From Heptranchias perlo (lineage: Eukaryota): DNA of 64,000 nt. The position numbers and the translations under genes are program-made. The first letter of the stretch is position 1; each line of letters begins with the position of its first letter. Of this stretch, positions 37,636-49,740 are shown in pieces. The stretch spans positions 54,312,001 to 54,376,000 of the forward strand of contig NC_090335.1 of the NCBI RefSeq assembly GCF_035084215.1. Reading direction: 5' to 3'. Below the pieces are notes generated by a model. It worked only from the letters and a program-made list of their open reading frames with translations. It was not told the origin of the DNA and made no database searches.

Positions 37636-38217
37636 TCTTATTATCCAAGCAGTATGTGGCCTCCTATTCTTCCTACCAAAATGCACCACCTCACACTTAT
37701 CTATATTGAAATTCATTTGCCAATTACATGCCCATTCTACAAATTTATTAATGTCCTCTTGCATTTTGATGCATTCTTCCTTTATATTAACTATACCCCC
37801 CAATTTAGTGCCGTCCGCAAGTTTTAAAATTGTACTTCCGATTCCTGAAACCAAATCGTTGATGTAAATTGTGAACAACAGTGGTCCCAGCACCGATCCC
37901 TGTGGAACACCACTTCCCACCCTTTTCCAGACTGAGTGGCTACCCTTAGCCCTTACTCTCTGTTTTCTGTTTTGTTTTGTAGCCAACTTGCTATCCATTC
38001 TGCTACCTGTCCCTGACTCCACATGCTCTGAACTTAGTCATGAGTCTACAATGTGGTACCTTATCGATGGCCCTTTGAAAATCCAAATATATTACATCTA
38101 CTACATTACCCTTGTCTACTCTTTCTGTTCCTCTGACATTTCCTCTTTCTCTTGCTCCTGTTCTACCTCCATTCTAGACATATATGTGAATGCGCATGGT
38201 GAACCCCTTGAAAAGAT

Positions 38218-38395
38218 TATCACTAAAAACAGATTATCTGGTCATTATGTTTATGGGACCTTGTTGTATGCAAATTGGCTGCCACGCTTCCCACATTACA
38301 ACAGTGACTACACTTAAAAATACTTCATTGGTTGTAAAGCATTTTGAGACATCATGAGGTTGTGAAAGGCATGATATAAATGCAAGTCTTACTTT
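38218..38395 (+). mobile_element. DeuSINE/SacSINE1-like SINE 3' part
   Basis: aaaacagattatctggtcatt...tataaatgcaagt shared with 53670-53975 and 63680-64000. Confidence 0.7.
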
Positions 38396-38566
38396 TCCTT
38401 TTATGTTTGAGAAATATCACACCTACGTGCAAGCTCAGAGGTCAGTCTCCGAGGGTATGCGGCTACTGACAGATATTACTCGAATCCACAGCCCTCAATT
38501 GCGGCAGCATCAGGGAAGCTTTATCTTCATTGCAGGTACCGATGGATTATATGGCAGTTTCATTGG

Positions 38567-39381
38567 AATCCAGGCTTGGGCTCATAAGTGGCAAGTAACA
38601 TTCGCGCCAGACAAGTGCCAGGCAATGACCATCTCCAACAAGAGAGGGTCTAACCACCTCCCCTTGACATTCAGCGGCATTACCATCACCGAATCCCCCA
38701 CCATCAACATCTTGGGGGTCACCATTGATCAGAAACTTTACTGGACCTGCCACATAAATACTGTGGCTACAAGAGCAGGTCAGAGGCTGGGTATTCTGCG
38801 GTGAGTGACTCACCTCCTGACTCCCCAAAACCTTTCCACCATCTACAAGGCACAAGTCAGGAGTGTGATGGAATACTCTCCACTTGCCTGGATGAGTGCA
38901 GCTCCAACAACACTCAAGAAGCTCGACACCATCCAGGACAAAACAGCCCACTTGATTGGCACCCCATCCACCACCCTAAACATTCACTCCCTTCATCACC
39001 GGCGCACAGTGGCTGCAGTGTGTACCATCCACAGGATGCACTGCAGCAACTCGCCAAGGCTTCTTCGACAGCACCTCTCAAACCCACGACCTCTACCACC
39101 AGAAGGACAAGAGCAGCAGGCACATGGGAACAACACCACCTGCACGTTCCCCTCCAAGTCACACACCAGCCCGACTTGGAAATATATCACCGTTCCTTCA
39201 TCGTCGCTGGGTCAAAATCCTGGAACTCCCTTCCTAACAGCACTGTGGGAAAACCTTCACCACACGGACTGCAGCGGTTCAAGAAGGCGGCTCACCACCA
39301 CCTTCTCAAGGGCAATTAGGGATGGGCAATAAATGCCAGCATCAACAGCAACGTCCACATCCCATGAACGAATAAAAAAAA
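38567..39381 (+). mobile_element. Poly-A LINE 3' fragment
   Basis: Reverse complement of the 35.4-36.2 kb element; ends catgaacgaataaaaaaaa. Confidence 0.9.
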
Positions 39382-40240
39382 GTCCCTATCCTCAGAGGCA
39401 GCCAGCAACTAGTCAGTGCCTCCTCCTCCTCCACAGAAGCACAGGCTGCAGTCCTGGTGGTGGTGGCAAGGTACAGATTAGGCAGGCCCCTGGGGCTGGA
39501 ATACAGGCCGCAGTCTCTCAGGGCTTTAAAGATCTGATAGCTGCCATTAGACCAGCCAGGCTGCTGATCAATGAGGCCATTGATCCAGGACCCAGTGGAA
39601 TGGCAATGTCTGGAGGCGATCTGCCTGAGGTTTCTGTTTCTAAGGACAGCAGTACGTGCCAGACATCTGATTTTCAAGTGAAATTTTATTATCAGGACAA
39701 GTTTGCTTTGTTTCTTATACAAGCCTGTCTAATGTAGAGATTATACGGTTCTGAATTAAAAGTATTATGTAAACCATTGAAACTGTTGAATCATAGCTAA
39801 CCTTGCAGCACTGGCGGCTTAATTACTCTTTTGGTGTTAACAGTTAGCTGACAGACAGAGGCCCATAAAACATCCAGGATCTGGGTGTGTGCAAAACAGC
39901 ATGGCTACTTGCCAGCCTATCCATCTTCCCAGTTTGACAGGGGTATAGGTGATGTTGTGACAGCTTTATTGATAGTTAGGTGCCGTCACAGGATGCTGGA
40001 GTATCAAACTGGCTTTCTCTGCCCAGGAAGAAATGTTTGTGGATACATGTAAACATTGCCTCGTTGTTTAATTAATTGGCAAACCATATGGTTTAGCTAT
40101 TAGTTTGAAGATGTTTTATAATTCCAATTAATTCCTGAAGCACAACATCCTATTGTAGGAAGAAAATATATTGCCAAACTGTTAGTTTCAAAACAAATCG
40201 ACAAGGTCAAGTCTGCAAAAAGAATGCATTAAGAGAGTGA

Positions 40241-40445
40241 CAATTGTAAACAATTTTACAACACCAAGTTATAGTCCAGCAATTTTATTTTAAATTCACA
40301 AGCTTTCGGAGGCTTCCTCCTTCGTCAGGTGACGAAGGAGGAAGCCTCCGAAAGCTTGTGAATTTAAAATAAAATTGCTGGACTATAACTTGGTGTTGTA
40401 AAATTGTTTACAATTGTCAACCCCAGTCCATCACTGGCATCTCCA
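40241..40445. mobile_element. Penelope-like family 1 insertion: 87-bp perfect inverted repeat with 2-nt spacer plus tail
   Basis: Arms 40241-40327 and 40330-40416. 14-bp TSD CATTAAGAGAGTGA at 40227-40240 and 40446-40459. Confidence 0.87.
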
Positions 40446-43244
40446 CATTAAGAGAGTGAGTTCAGGGTATGGTCGATCCATGCCAATGTAATGATGAATA
40501 TGTGTCTATGTTCTCCAGTGACCAGCTTAAGGAGACACCTCCAGGATCTCAGGCAATGTTTGGAGCTTCTCCTCCAGTTTATGATAATAAGGTTGAATAT
40601 TGTCTTCAAAATAACTGAAATTTGGTGGCTCTGAAGTGTCCTATAGTGCGGGCATAAAACAATATCATCTGTGCTCAATGCTGACAATGGCTGTAGAGTG
40701 GAAACATTTCAATTTCCTTTCAGTGGTATAACTCAATTCACACACCAGGCATGTGGCAAACAAAAACCTATAAATGGAAACTCAGACGTGAGTAGTCTCT
40801 CACCACTGAACAGACAGGAATAAACTGTGATGCCGTGTCATAGGACCAGTCAGTTAAGTGTTGCAGAGATGAATTGCGATGGTGGTGATGCGAGAAAGTC
40901 GATATCTGCGTCTCTGCCTGCTCATTCGCTGCTGATTACTTGGTTATAGTTGCATCTTGTCTGAAAAGATGCAAACCAACTGTTCAGAGCCCAAACCTAA
41001 TGGCTATCCAGAGAGATTAGACCTCTGGCTCTTCGGTCATTGATCTTTTTCAAAATCAAAGTAAAATGAAAACTTTCTCGTAATTTTAATGCCAAAATTA
41101 AAAAGGCCGATTTGAACTCGGGGCATGAATCTGGTGGTGGGGGTGGGGGGTGGGGGGAGATGGTGAGGAGTCAAAGTGGGCGGCGAATCGTCCGGCCCCT
41201 TGGATCATGGGGCCTGGGAAATTTTAACTCCTGGGCCTCATTTGTATGTCCTGACTGTGACTCACACCTGAAACCAGCAGGAATGGCAACACCGCCAGTG
41301 GGCGGGAGTCAAAATTAGTCAGGGGGTCAGGCTGCAACCGGGGATCCACGGAAACAGTCCACGGCAAGGTAAATACAAATTGTGGGGGGAGTGGGGGGTC
41401 GGCAAGTCCACAATTATGGGGAGGCGTTGAAGCCTAGAGCAGGGAAGGCCCACGGTATCATTGTGGGGCCAGGAGGAGCAAGTTAAAACACGATGAGAAT
41501 GCCTACGTGGTGCCCCCTCTAATGAAAATGCCTACGTGGTAAGCTTTCAGTAGAATAGTGAAATACTACCATAGCAAAGTAACAGGACAGTAAGTTAAGA
41601 AAGGGTTAATTAGAAGCCTGTTTGCTCATACAATTAACAAAGGGCCTTTCTTCAGGCCACCTGTCTGTGGGATGCTAAAGCCTGCTTTGTGTTTATCAAG
41701 GAGTAAACTTTGATAAGGTATGGGAGTCCTGGGTGAGAATCTTCACATGAATAGTGACTTTATGCTGGACAAAGCTGAGAAACATACCAAGCTAAGATAA
41801 GATGCTGTATTGAAATATCGGAATACGCATGTACTTGTATCACCCGTGAGTGGTCGGTCATCCTGTCACTGAGCATGGTATGCCTAGGCTTCGCTTATGA
41901 TTGGTTTTAACCCCTTGTTAATCATGTCCCTCCCTTCTCTGAAAGGGTATAACTGTCTGAACTCTTGTATGTAATTTGGCTTTGTTCTGGGTATTGATCA
42001 AACTCTGTGAAGAGTTGAAATCGATATTGCAGAATAAGTCCGCTGCAGCTAAATAAAATTGTGTTGAACTTTAAAGGTGTATTCGACTCAGTGTTGGCTG
42101 AACCAGACTGAGGGAAAAGAATCCAGTTCATCAACGTGACAATGACACGTGTTAGCCATTAGGCCATCCTAGCTGCAGGAAGAAGCATGAGGCAGCAGGC
42201 AGTAATGGGGGACCTACCTCGCAGGAAAAGCATATATTGGAATAGAAACTGAATAAAAGAATTATATAAAGGAAGTCTACCACCCAAGTGAATTTTATTC
42301 AAAACTAAATACAGGTTTATGCCAGTGAGAAAGTTAAAAGCCCGTGTATCTTTTTTTCTTCTATTTTAACTTCATTCTTATTATTAGGTTGAAAGCCATC
42401 CCTTGCAAAACCACTCCTACGCAGTCAAGTAAAGAGATGAGCTCAGCAAGGCTGATTAAGAACACACTGGATTTGCTTGCAAGGTTTTTGTATTTGATCA
42501 GTTATGGCTATCTGCTTCTTAATCCAGGTCAAGGGTACATAAAACTACAGCACTGCTATCTTTTTGTTCATCTGCATGTCTGGAACTAAAAGTGTAATAA
42601 GTGTATTAGCTGATCTGTAGTACATGGATGAGATTTAGTGAACTGATAAATCAAAATCCAAGCTTGAATTTCAGAGAATTTTGATTTTAGGAACAGTCAA
42701 GATAATACTTATAACTCATAACAAATTGACATAGTGAGTCCACTTGATATCACCTACTGTCAAAAGACCGATTCATGAGGAAAGGTTGGAGAAACTAAGG
42801 CTTTTCAGCTTCAAAAGTAGCTGACCAAGAGGTGACCTAATAAGATATATAAGATGGTAAATGATATAGAAAACGTAAATCTAGAACACAACTTCAAGTT
42901 AAACTGCAACAGTATGACAAGGGAGAACAAGTTCAAAGGCAAATTTAGGGATCATGTCAGGAATTTCTTCACACAACGGGGTGGATTTTAACTTTTGGAA
43001 GGCCGACCAGTGGAGCCCGCTGACCGCTCGCCCGTTCTGGCGGCGAAGAAGCCCCTGCTATTTTGAGGCCTGGGCCTCATTTGAATCCGACTGGTGAGCT
43101 GGGTGTAAGCGGCTGAAGTGCAGGGAAACTGCAGTGCAGCCTTGAAAAAGTTGGTTCAGCCCACACACTTAAGCAACAGACTGGAGGAGGAACACCTACC
43201 TCACATTCCCCATGGACAAAGCGAAGCAGGACGAGAGAGCACTA

Positions 43245-43800
43245 GGCTTTGCAACGCATGACAGGCTTCCCCAGAGTCCAAGGTACCACAGACTACAATC
43301 TTGCGTGCTCCCCATCATCACCCTGGTATCTTTGTCAATAGAGAGGGATGCCACTACCTGAATATGCCGATTGTTTATGACCACAGGCACTACATCATCC
43401 AAGTCTGTGTCCGGTTTCCCAGCAGCAGTCATGATTCATTCATCCCGCACCAGTCCTCTGCAGTGCCTTTGTTCCAACCAGGCCATCAGGTCACATGGTG
43501 GCTACTTGGCAACAAGAGATATCTCCCCCACCCTGGACATGGCTTACGACCCCTGTCAGGAACTCGGGCATAGATGTAGAACACATCTACAATGAGAGGT
43601 ATACTGCCACCAGAAATCTCATTGGGCAGAACATTGGTGAGCTCAAGCAACACTTCTGCTGCCTGGACCATTTGGGAGAAGCTCTGCAGTACGCCCCTGA
43701 CCATGTTTCCAAATGTGTGGCTGTGTACTGCATGCTGCATAACTTGAGGGACTGGACCTTATCACCACCTGGGCAGCAAGAAGTGGAGGAGGAGGCATAG
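43245..43800 (+). pseudogene. Old Harbinger transposase relic
   Basis: FVNREGCHYLN...RFPSSSHDSFI...WLLGNKRY and YNERYTATRNLIGQNIGELK...ALQYAPD...CMLHNL. Confidence 0.8.
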
Positions 43801-44984
43801 CACAATGGAAGAGCACGAGTAGCATTGACTACCAGTGATAATGGAATGCAGTAGGTATTGTTTATATGGATTTTCAGAAGACATTTGATGAAGTACTGCA
43901 TAAGAGATTTGATTAAAAATTAGGAGGTGGGGTTTAAATCGGAGCCGTTTCCAGTGGGAATCTGCTCGGGTAAGTTCATTTCCTGTCTGCCAGTAGCAGC
44001 AGGAGGCCATGAAGATTTTAACCGCCATTGTTTAACTGCCCATTATGGACGGGAAGATGGGGTTGCCCTTGGCCGCCCTCCGGCTTTGAGGTAAGTGGCA
44101 GGGAGGGGTTTCCGGGAGAGTCTCATGGGAGGGAAGGGGGAGAGTTTGGGGCAGATGAAGCCGCGACTTTCCTTGTGACACCCGCTGGAGCACTCCTGCT
44201 CCTTCTGGCGCCACAAAGGAAATTTATTCACTTACCTAGAGGGCCTCTTCATCCTTCCCACCAGTTGCCAACTTGCTTTAGCCTGGCGAGGAAGTTCTTA
44301 CCTGTGTTTTTAAAAGGATACAGTCTTCATCAAAAGCATCTAGTTTTTTTTTGTTCAGAGACAGAGAAGAGCCAGAAAAATATACTTTAATTTCAGCAAA
44401 ATTATGCCATGCAGAAATTATACATTTTGATCTGATTTATATCTTCATGCTGCCCTTTGCAAGCAAAGAAAGAAAGGGTCACCAAACAATTTACCTTGAC
44501 GTTGGTGTCCCTCTAACACAGGTGAAAATACTTTGTACGCTGTATGGAAATAGTTTCCCTACACTAAGGTGCTTAAATAACAACTGCTGTCATTGGGGGG
44601 GTAAAAATGCATTGACGGAATAATAGTTGTATGAAAAGAATGAAAGACACTTGCATAGATAATGGTGTGAGTAAAAGAAAGACAAAAATGATACAAGAAA
44701 TAGGAAAGAAATACAAGATAGTATTCTTGCTGTGGTAAAATGATAATGCAGGATGGTTTGATCTGTTGCCAATGTGACCTTATTCTGACAAGCAAAGTAG
44801 GGCACAGAGCAAGATGGGGCATAAAGCTCCAGCCAGGTGCTCCCTTAATGGCTCAGTTGTTAATACACTGTCATTGGCAGATCCTCAAAGACCAGTTCCC
44901 TGCCTGCACTGGCTGTTCTGCTGCTGGTTCCTCCTGAAGTGTATGTAGCAACGTAGGGCTTCAGTTAACTCCTTAATGTCGCAG

Positions 44985-45298
44985 TGTACACAGCCTCTGT
45001 CATGCTGTTGTAGCCAATGTGTTGATAAGGCTGGTCCAGTTAAGTTTCTGGTCAATTATGACCCACAAAATGTTGATGGTGGGGGACTCGGCAACAGTGG
45101 TGCCATTGAAGGTCGTGAGGAGGTGGCTGGGTTTTCTCTTGTTCAGGGTGGTCTTTCGCTGATACTTATGCGGTGTGAACATTACCTGCCACTTGTCAGC
45201 CCAAGGCTGATGTTTTCCAAACTGGACCAGCCACATAAAAGCTACAGCTACTAGAACAGGTCAGAGGTTGGGAATTCTGTGGCGCGTGGTTTACCTCC
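44985..45298. mobile_element. Old poly-A LINE family fragments in opposite orientations
   Basis: ORF 45000..45236 (WADKWQVMF...IDQKLNWTS) on -, followed by a + strand piece starting aactggaccagccacata. Confidence 0.65.
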
Positions 45299-46723
45299 TT
45301 AAAGGAGGCCAGTCAACTGCCGACCCAAAATGGGCATAAAGCAGCAGCTAGTCAGCAATGGGAGAGATCGTTTCGGCGACTGAAGGCCGCCAGCCGACAC
45401 CAAAGGAGGGATCGGCAACAAGCAGGTAAGTTACGGGGAGAGGATTTCTCATGAGGGAAGTGGGGGGGGGGGGGTGGTGTCTGGGGTCAGGGAGGGCGCT
45501 ACTTTCCTTGTGGGGCCAGGTGGAGCAGAAGAAATGCAGTGGAGAGAATACCTGCAGCCAAAAATCAATTTTTTCACAATCCCGCTTAATGTCCACTTCA
45601 AACATCTACACACATTCTTCGACCTTTCCCTTCACTAGCACTCCTATTACGTTGGTAATATCAGCTATTAGATTGTGTGAGCTGAAAGAAATAATTAATA
45701 GGCTAAAAAAGGGCTCTTAAATAGACAAAAAGTAGGTGGAGATAATTAAAAATATATATATGGATGGACTGAAACATGAAGAATGATGGTCTATGAAACA
45801 GATTACTGACCTTTTCTTCAACTACCCTCGTTGTACCAACCAACATGCATAGCTGACAAATTGCGTTAGCAGCAACGCACCCACTATAAGGAATAGGGAC
45901 TATGCCTACATAGCATATGCATAAACGTTGAAAGGTAATTGTCCAAGACTGAATCTATTTCTACTCACAATATAACAATACAGATTAACATTTAAAAACC
46001 AGATGCATTTGATGTGTACTGACAGGAAACTATTTGCATAACAAAAGGCTTTTAGAAAAAGTGTGCAGGTGGGCAGTACTTACACGGGAGATATATATCT
46101 CGGTGAACCCAGATTCATAGAAATGAACCCATAGGTAGATCCTTTTCATGTGTGAAAGATCCAGTGAATTTTTGCATGAATGAGAAAACAATTGGAAGTA
46201 AGTATTAGAAGAGGTATGAGAAAGGCAAACTGCAAATAGTAATAGGAAAGATCTGAGGAAGATTTTTTTCAGCTAAGCAGGAAGCAGACAGAGTAGTGAA
46301 GACTATATTTAACCCTTTAAGGCACAGATTGAGTGGAAACATTATGAAGGATGAAGAACTATCAGATGTGTTGAATTAATTCTTCACAAATGAAAATGGG
46401 ATAAAGTTTGGCTCAGAAATCTAAAGCTTATAGAGGTCAGTAAAGCCTCTTATGAAGAAACTCAAGAAAGTCTACAGGGCACCTGGACTGGAGGTGAAAT
46501 CTTCAGGAAAATGAATGAGGAAACATGCAAGGCTAGGGGAATGTTTTTAGAAGATCTATAAACACAACAATTATGCATGAGGGCCGAAGGTTAGCAAATA
46601 TTATGCAATAGTCAAAAAAAAAGTTAACGATAGATGAATAGGGCTCCCTGCTCAGATTAGTGTGTCCATGTGGATTTGAACGCCGAGCCCATCTCACAAT
46701 GCCACAAATCAGTGTCAACTAAG

Positions 46724-47170
46724 AAATAAAAACAGAAAATACTGGAAAACACTCAGCAGGTCAGGCAGCATCTGTGGAGAGAGAAACAGGGTTAACGTTT
46801 CAGGTCGATGACCTTTCATCAGAGCTGGAAGGTGTTAGAGATTAACAGTTTTTAAGCAAGTACTAAGCCAGGGAAAAGGGAGGGGGTAAAGAAAGAACAA
46901 AGGGGAAGGTCTATGATAGGATGGAGGGCAGGAGTGATTAAATGTCAAAAGTGGGTGGTAATGGGACAAGTAAAGAAACAGAAAGTAATGAAGGTGAACA
47001 AGATAAAAGAGACAAACGGAAATCCCGTTGGAGAAAAGAGCAGAACTTCTTTAACGTGGAGCATTCTTGGAAGAGAAGAGGCCGTGAATTAAACACTAGA
47101 TCAAAAGCAAAATACTGCGGGTGCTGGAAATCTGAAATAAAGCCAGAAAATGCTGGAGAAGCTCAGCAAG
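46724..47170 (-). mobile_element. Penelope-like family 2 insertion with hammerhead core at 46790-46826
   Basis: Minus strand CUGAUGA-A-AGGUC-AUC-GACCU-GAAA-CGUU. TSD TCAGTGT(C/A)AACTAAG at 46709-46723 and 47171-47185. Confidence 0.72.
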
Positions 47171-49054
47171 TCAGTGTAAACTAAGCATGATTTTGTTACA
47201 CTACTACAGCTTACATTACTCCTTTCCTAATCAGTCATTAGTTTTGCAACTTTGTGGTATGTCACAAGTATTGACATTACAGATATCAGTCAATAGTCTT
47301 TCATTCAATTTAATATTAATTTTATTGTTGAAATAAGATTTAATACTGAACTTCACAATAGTCAGAAGTTATCCAGTCAAAGACAAAGATTTTTCATTAA
47401 CCACAATGTTTAGCTTTCATATCAAGTGTAATCATGTGTCTCTAAAAAAAGGAAGTGTTGACAATAGTTACTGAGAGTGCCTCCTGATTCAGCAGCATTA
47501 CATATATTCGTCCTAACTTCACGTAAGTGCTTTATTTTATTGTCCTTTATGGAGGCTTTTTTGGGTATTAAATAGCATGACATGATTCTGGGGTACTAAT
47601 GTACAAATCTGATTCTTACAATGGACACATTTCCAGGTGAATATTCTGTCTGGTAAACAGATTCAGAGGCAGAAGGAGCAGTGACTGAAGCTTCGCCCCT
47701 GATATTCTAAGTATTCCATGGAAATTTTCCTTTCCCTGCATGATTCTGTAAAGATCATGATTAACTTTTTCTTGTTTCACTATTTTTATGTTTGGGTAAT
47801 GGGTAAACATTGTAATTTTGACTGAAATTTTACATTTTATTTACTTTGACACTGCTATTTACAATATCTACAATTTTTTGTTAGTGATCTATTTTTCTCA
47901 TGGACTAAAGTTTATTGCAAGGTACTAAACAGAGGGGTTTTTAAATTCTCTGTTAACTAATTAATGGAAGCTTGAGTCGGGGAAGGGGTGGGCACTAAAC
48001 CTTATTGCCCGCTGAACTTAGTTCCTTATTATCATTTAAAAGAAATAAACTGTAAGTGCTGGAAATCTGAAATTGCTGTAAGTACACAGCAGGTCCATCA
48101 TTTCAGGTTGAGTGAACCATCAGAAATATGACCTAGACAGTTCGACAGTTCTTGGTTTGTGCTTGGGAAATACTGCATGGTTCAGGAGGTAGAGCAGAAT
48201 TTAGGAGTACATGCTGTAGCACATTTTATGTCATAATTTTGAATTGAAACTTCCTATGTTCACATTTATAATATGAAAGCCATACATCTACATTTTACAA
48301 TGAGAAAAGTCTATCTTCCATTTATATTGGAAAACAGTATGTGAACATTTATAATGGGATATGTACATATTTTGTGATCTCAGATTGTTGATAAACGTTC
48401 AAATATGTTCACTCAAAATACTGTTTGAAAAGGTGTTGACAGGCCATTTTTTTCTCAGTAACTGAAATTTCTATGTCCAAAAAGAGGTTTTAAAACAAAA
48501 TTCAAAAATTCAAAAAAATTGCATATTTTACAATTGCATGACTAAATTTAACCATTGAATTTTTTGTGTCTTTTATTGCCTTCCTTAAAGGTTTTATTTG
48601 AAGGCCTCAGCCTTTTCCCAAAAGCCTGGCTATGGACGTGATATTTTTGCTCAGAGCTGTGACTGTGAGCTGAAGGTATTCACTGCAATCTGAGAATGAG
48701 CACTGCGTTTCCCAGGAAACATTAATAGCATTTAGAGAGACAAATGGTAGAATGATTCTCTCAGACTCTAAAAAAAATCTTTTAAGTTGTTTTTTTCTCA
48801 AAATTATTTAAAGAAAAGCTAAAAGACAAATTTCAAAAGCTTTATCTGGGTAAAAATTATATAAAGTGTTTTTAAAAACATACAAAGGCTGTGTGCATAT
48901 ATATAAATTCACCCTTAGAGACACACACACATACACTCCTGAGAACCAATTCAAAAACACCAAATTTAATGTTTGCCGAGATCTCTTAGAACGTTCTAAT
49001 CCAGTGCTGGGATGCCCCCACCCACACACACTACTATAAGGCCCATGTTCCCCC

Positions 49055-49740
49055 CTCACTTTTGAGCTGAGCTTCTGACCCCATGTCCTCTCCATCACCA
49101 AGACCTCCGTAACATCGCCCGTCTTCGCCCCTGCCTCAGCTCATCTGCTGCTGAAACCCTCACCCATGCTTTTGTTACCTCTAAATTCAACTATTCCAAT
49201 GCTCTCCTGACCGGCCTCCCACCTTGCACCCTCTGTAAACTTGAGCTCATCCAAACCGTATCCTAACTCGCACCAAGTCCTGTTCACCCATCATTCCTGT
49301 GCTTGCTGAACGACATTGGCTCCCAGTCCGGCAATGCCTTGATTTTAGAATTCTCATCCTTGTTTCCAAATCCCTCCATGGCCACACCCCTCCCTATCTC
49401 TGTAACCTCCTCCAGCCCTACAACCCTCAGAGATTTCTGTTCTCCTCCAATTCTAGCCTTTTGCACATTCCTGATTTTAATCACTCCATCATTGACGGCC
49501 GTGCCTTCAACTGCCTAAGCCCTAAGTTCTGGAATGCCCCCCCTAAACCTCTCCACCTCCCTACCTCACTCTCCTTCTTTAAGACGCATTTTAAAACCCA
49601 CCTCTTTGACCAAGTTCACCTGTCCTCATACCTGCTTATGTAGTTTGGTGTCAAATTTTGTTTGATAACGCTCCTGTGAAGTGCCTTGGGTCATTTTACT
49701 ACATTAAAGGCGTTATATAAAGGCAAGTTGTTGTTGTTGA
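49055..49740 (+). mobile_element. L2 LINE 3' fragment
   Basis: HAFVTSKFNYSNALL and HWLPVRQCLDFRILILVSKSLHGHTPPYL motifs; (GTT)n tail. Confidence 0.85.

Larger units (their letters stand above)
36615..38130 (-). mobile_element. CR1 3' fragment interrupted by a Penelope-like insertion
   Basis: ORFs 36700..37272 and 37552..38022 ([20 protein letters not shown]). Confidence 0.88.

Noticed and set aside
32821-40459. CRISPR array or DNA-transposon MITE explanation for the palindromes
   Set aside because: Eukaryotic context with no repeat-spacer periodicity. Variable TSD length, asymmetric tail and hammerhead core fit Penelope-like retroelements.
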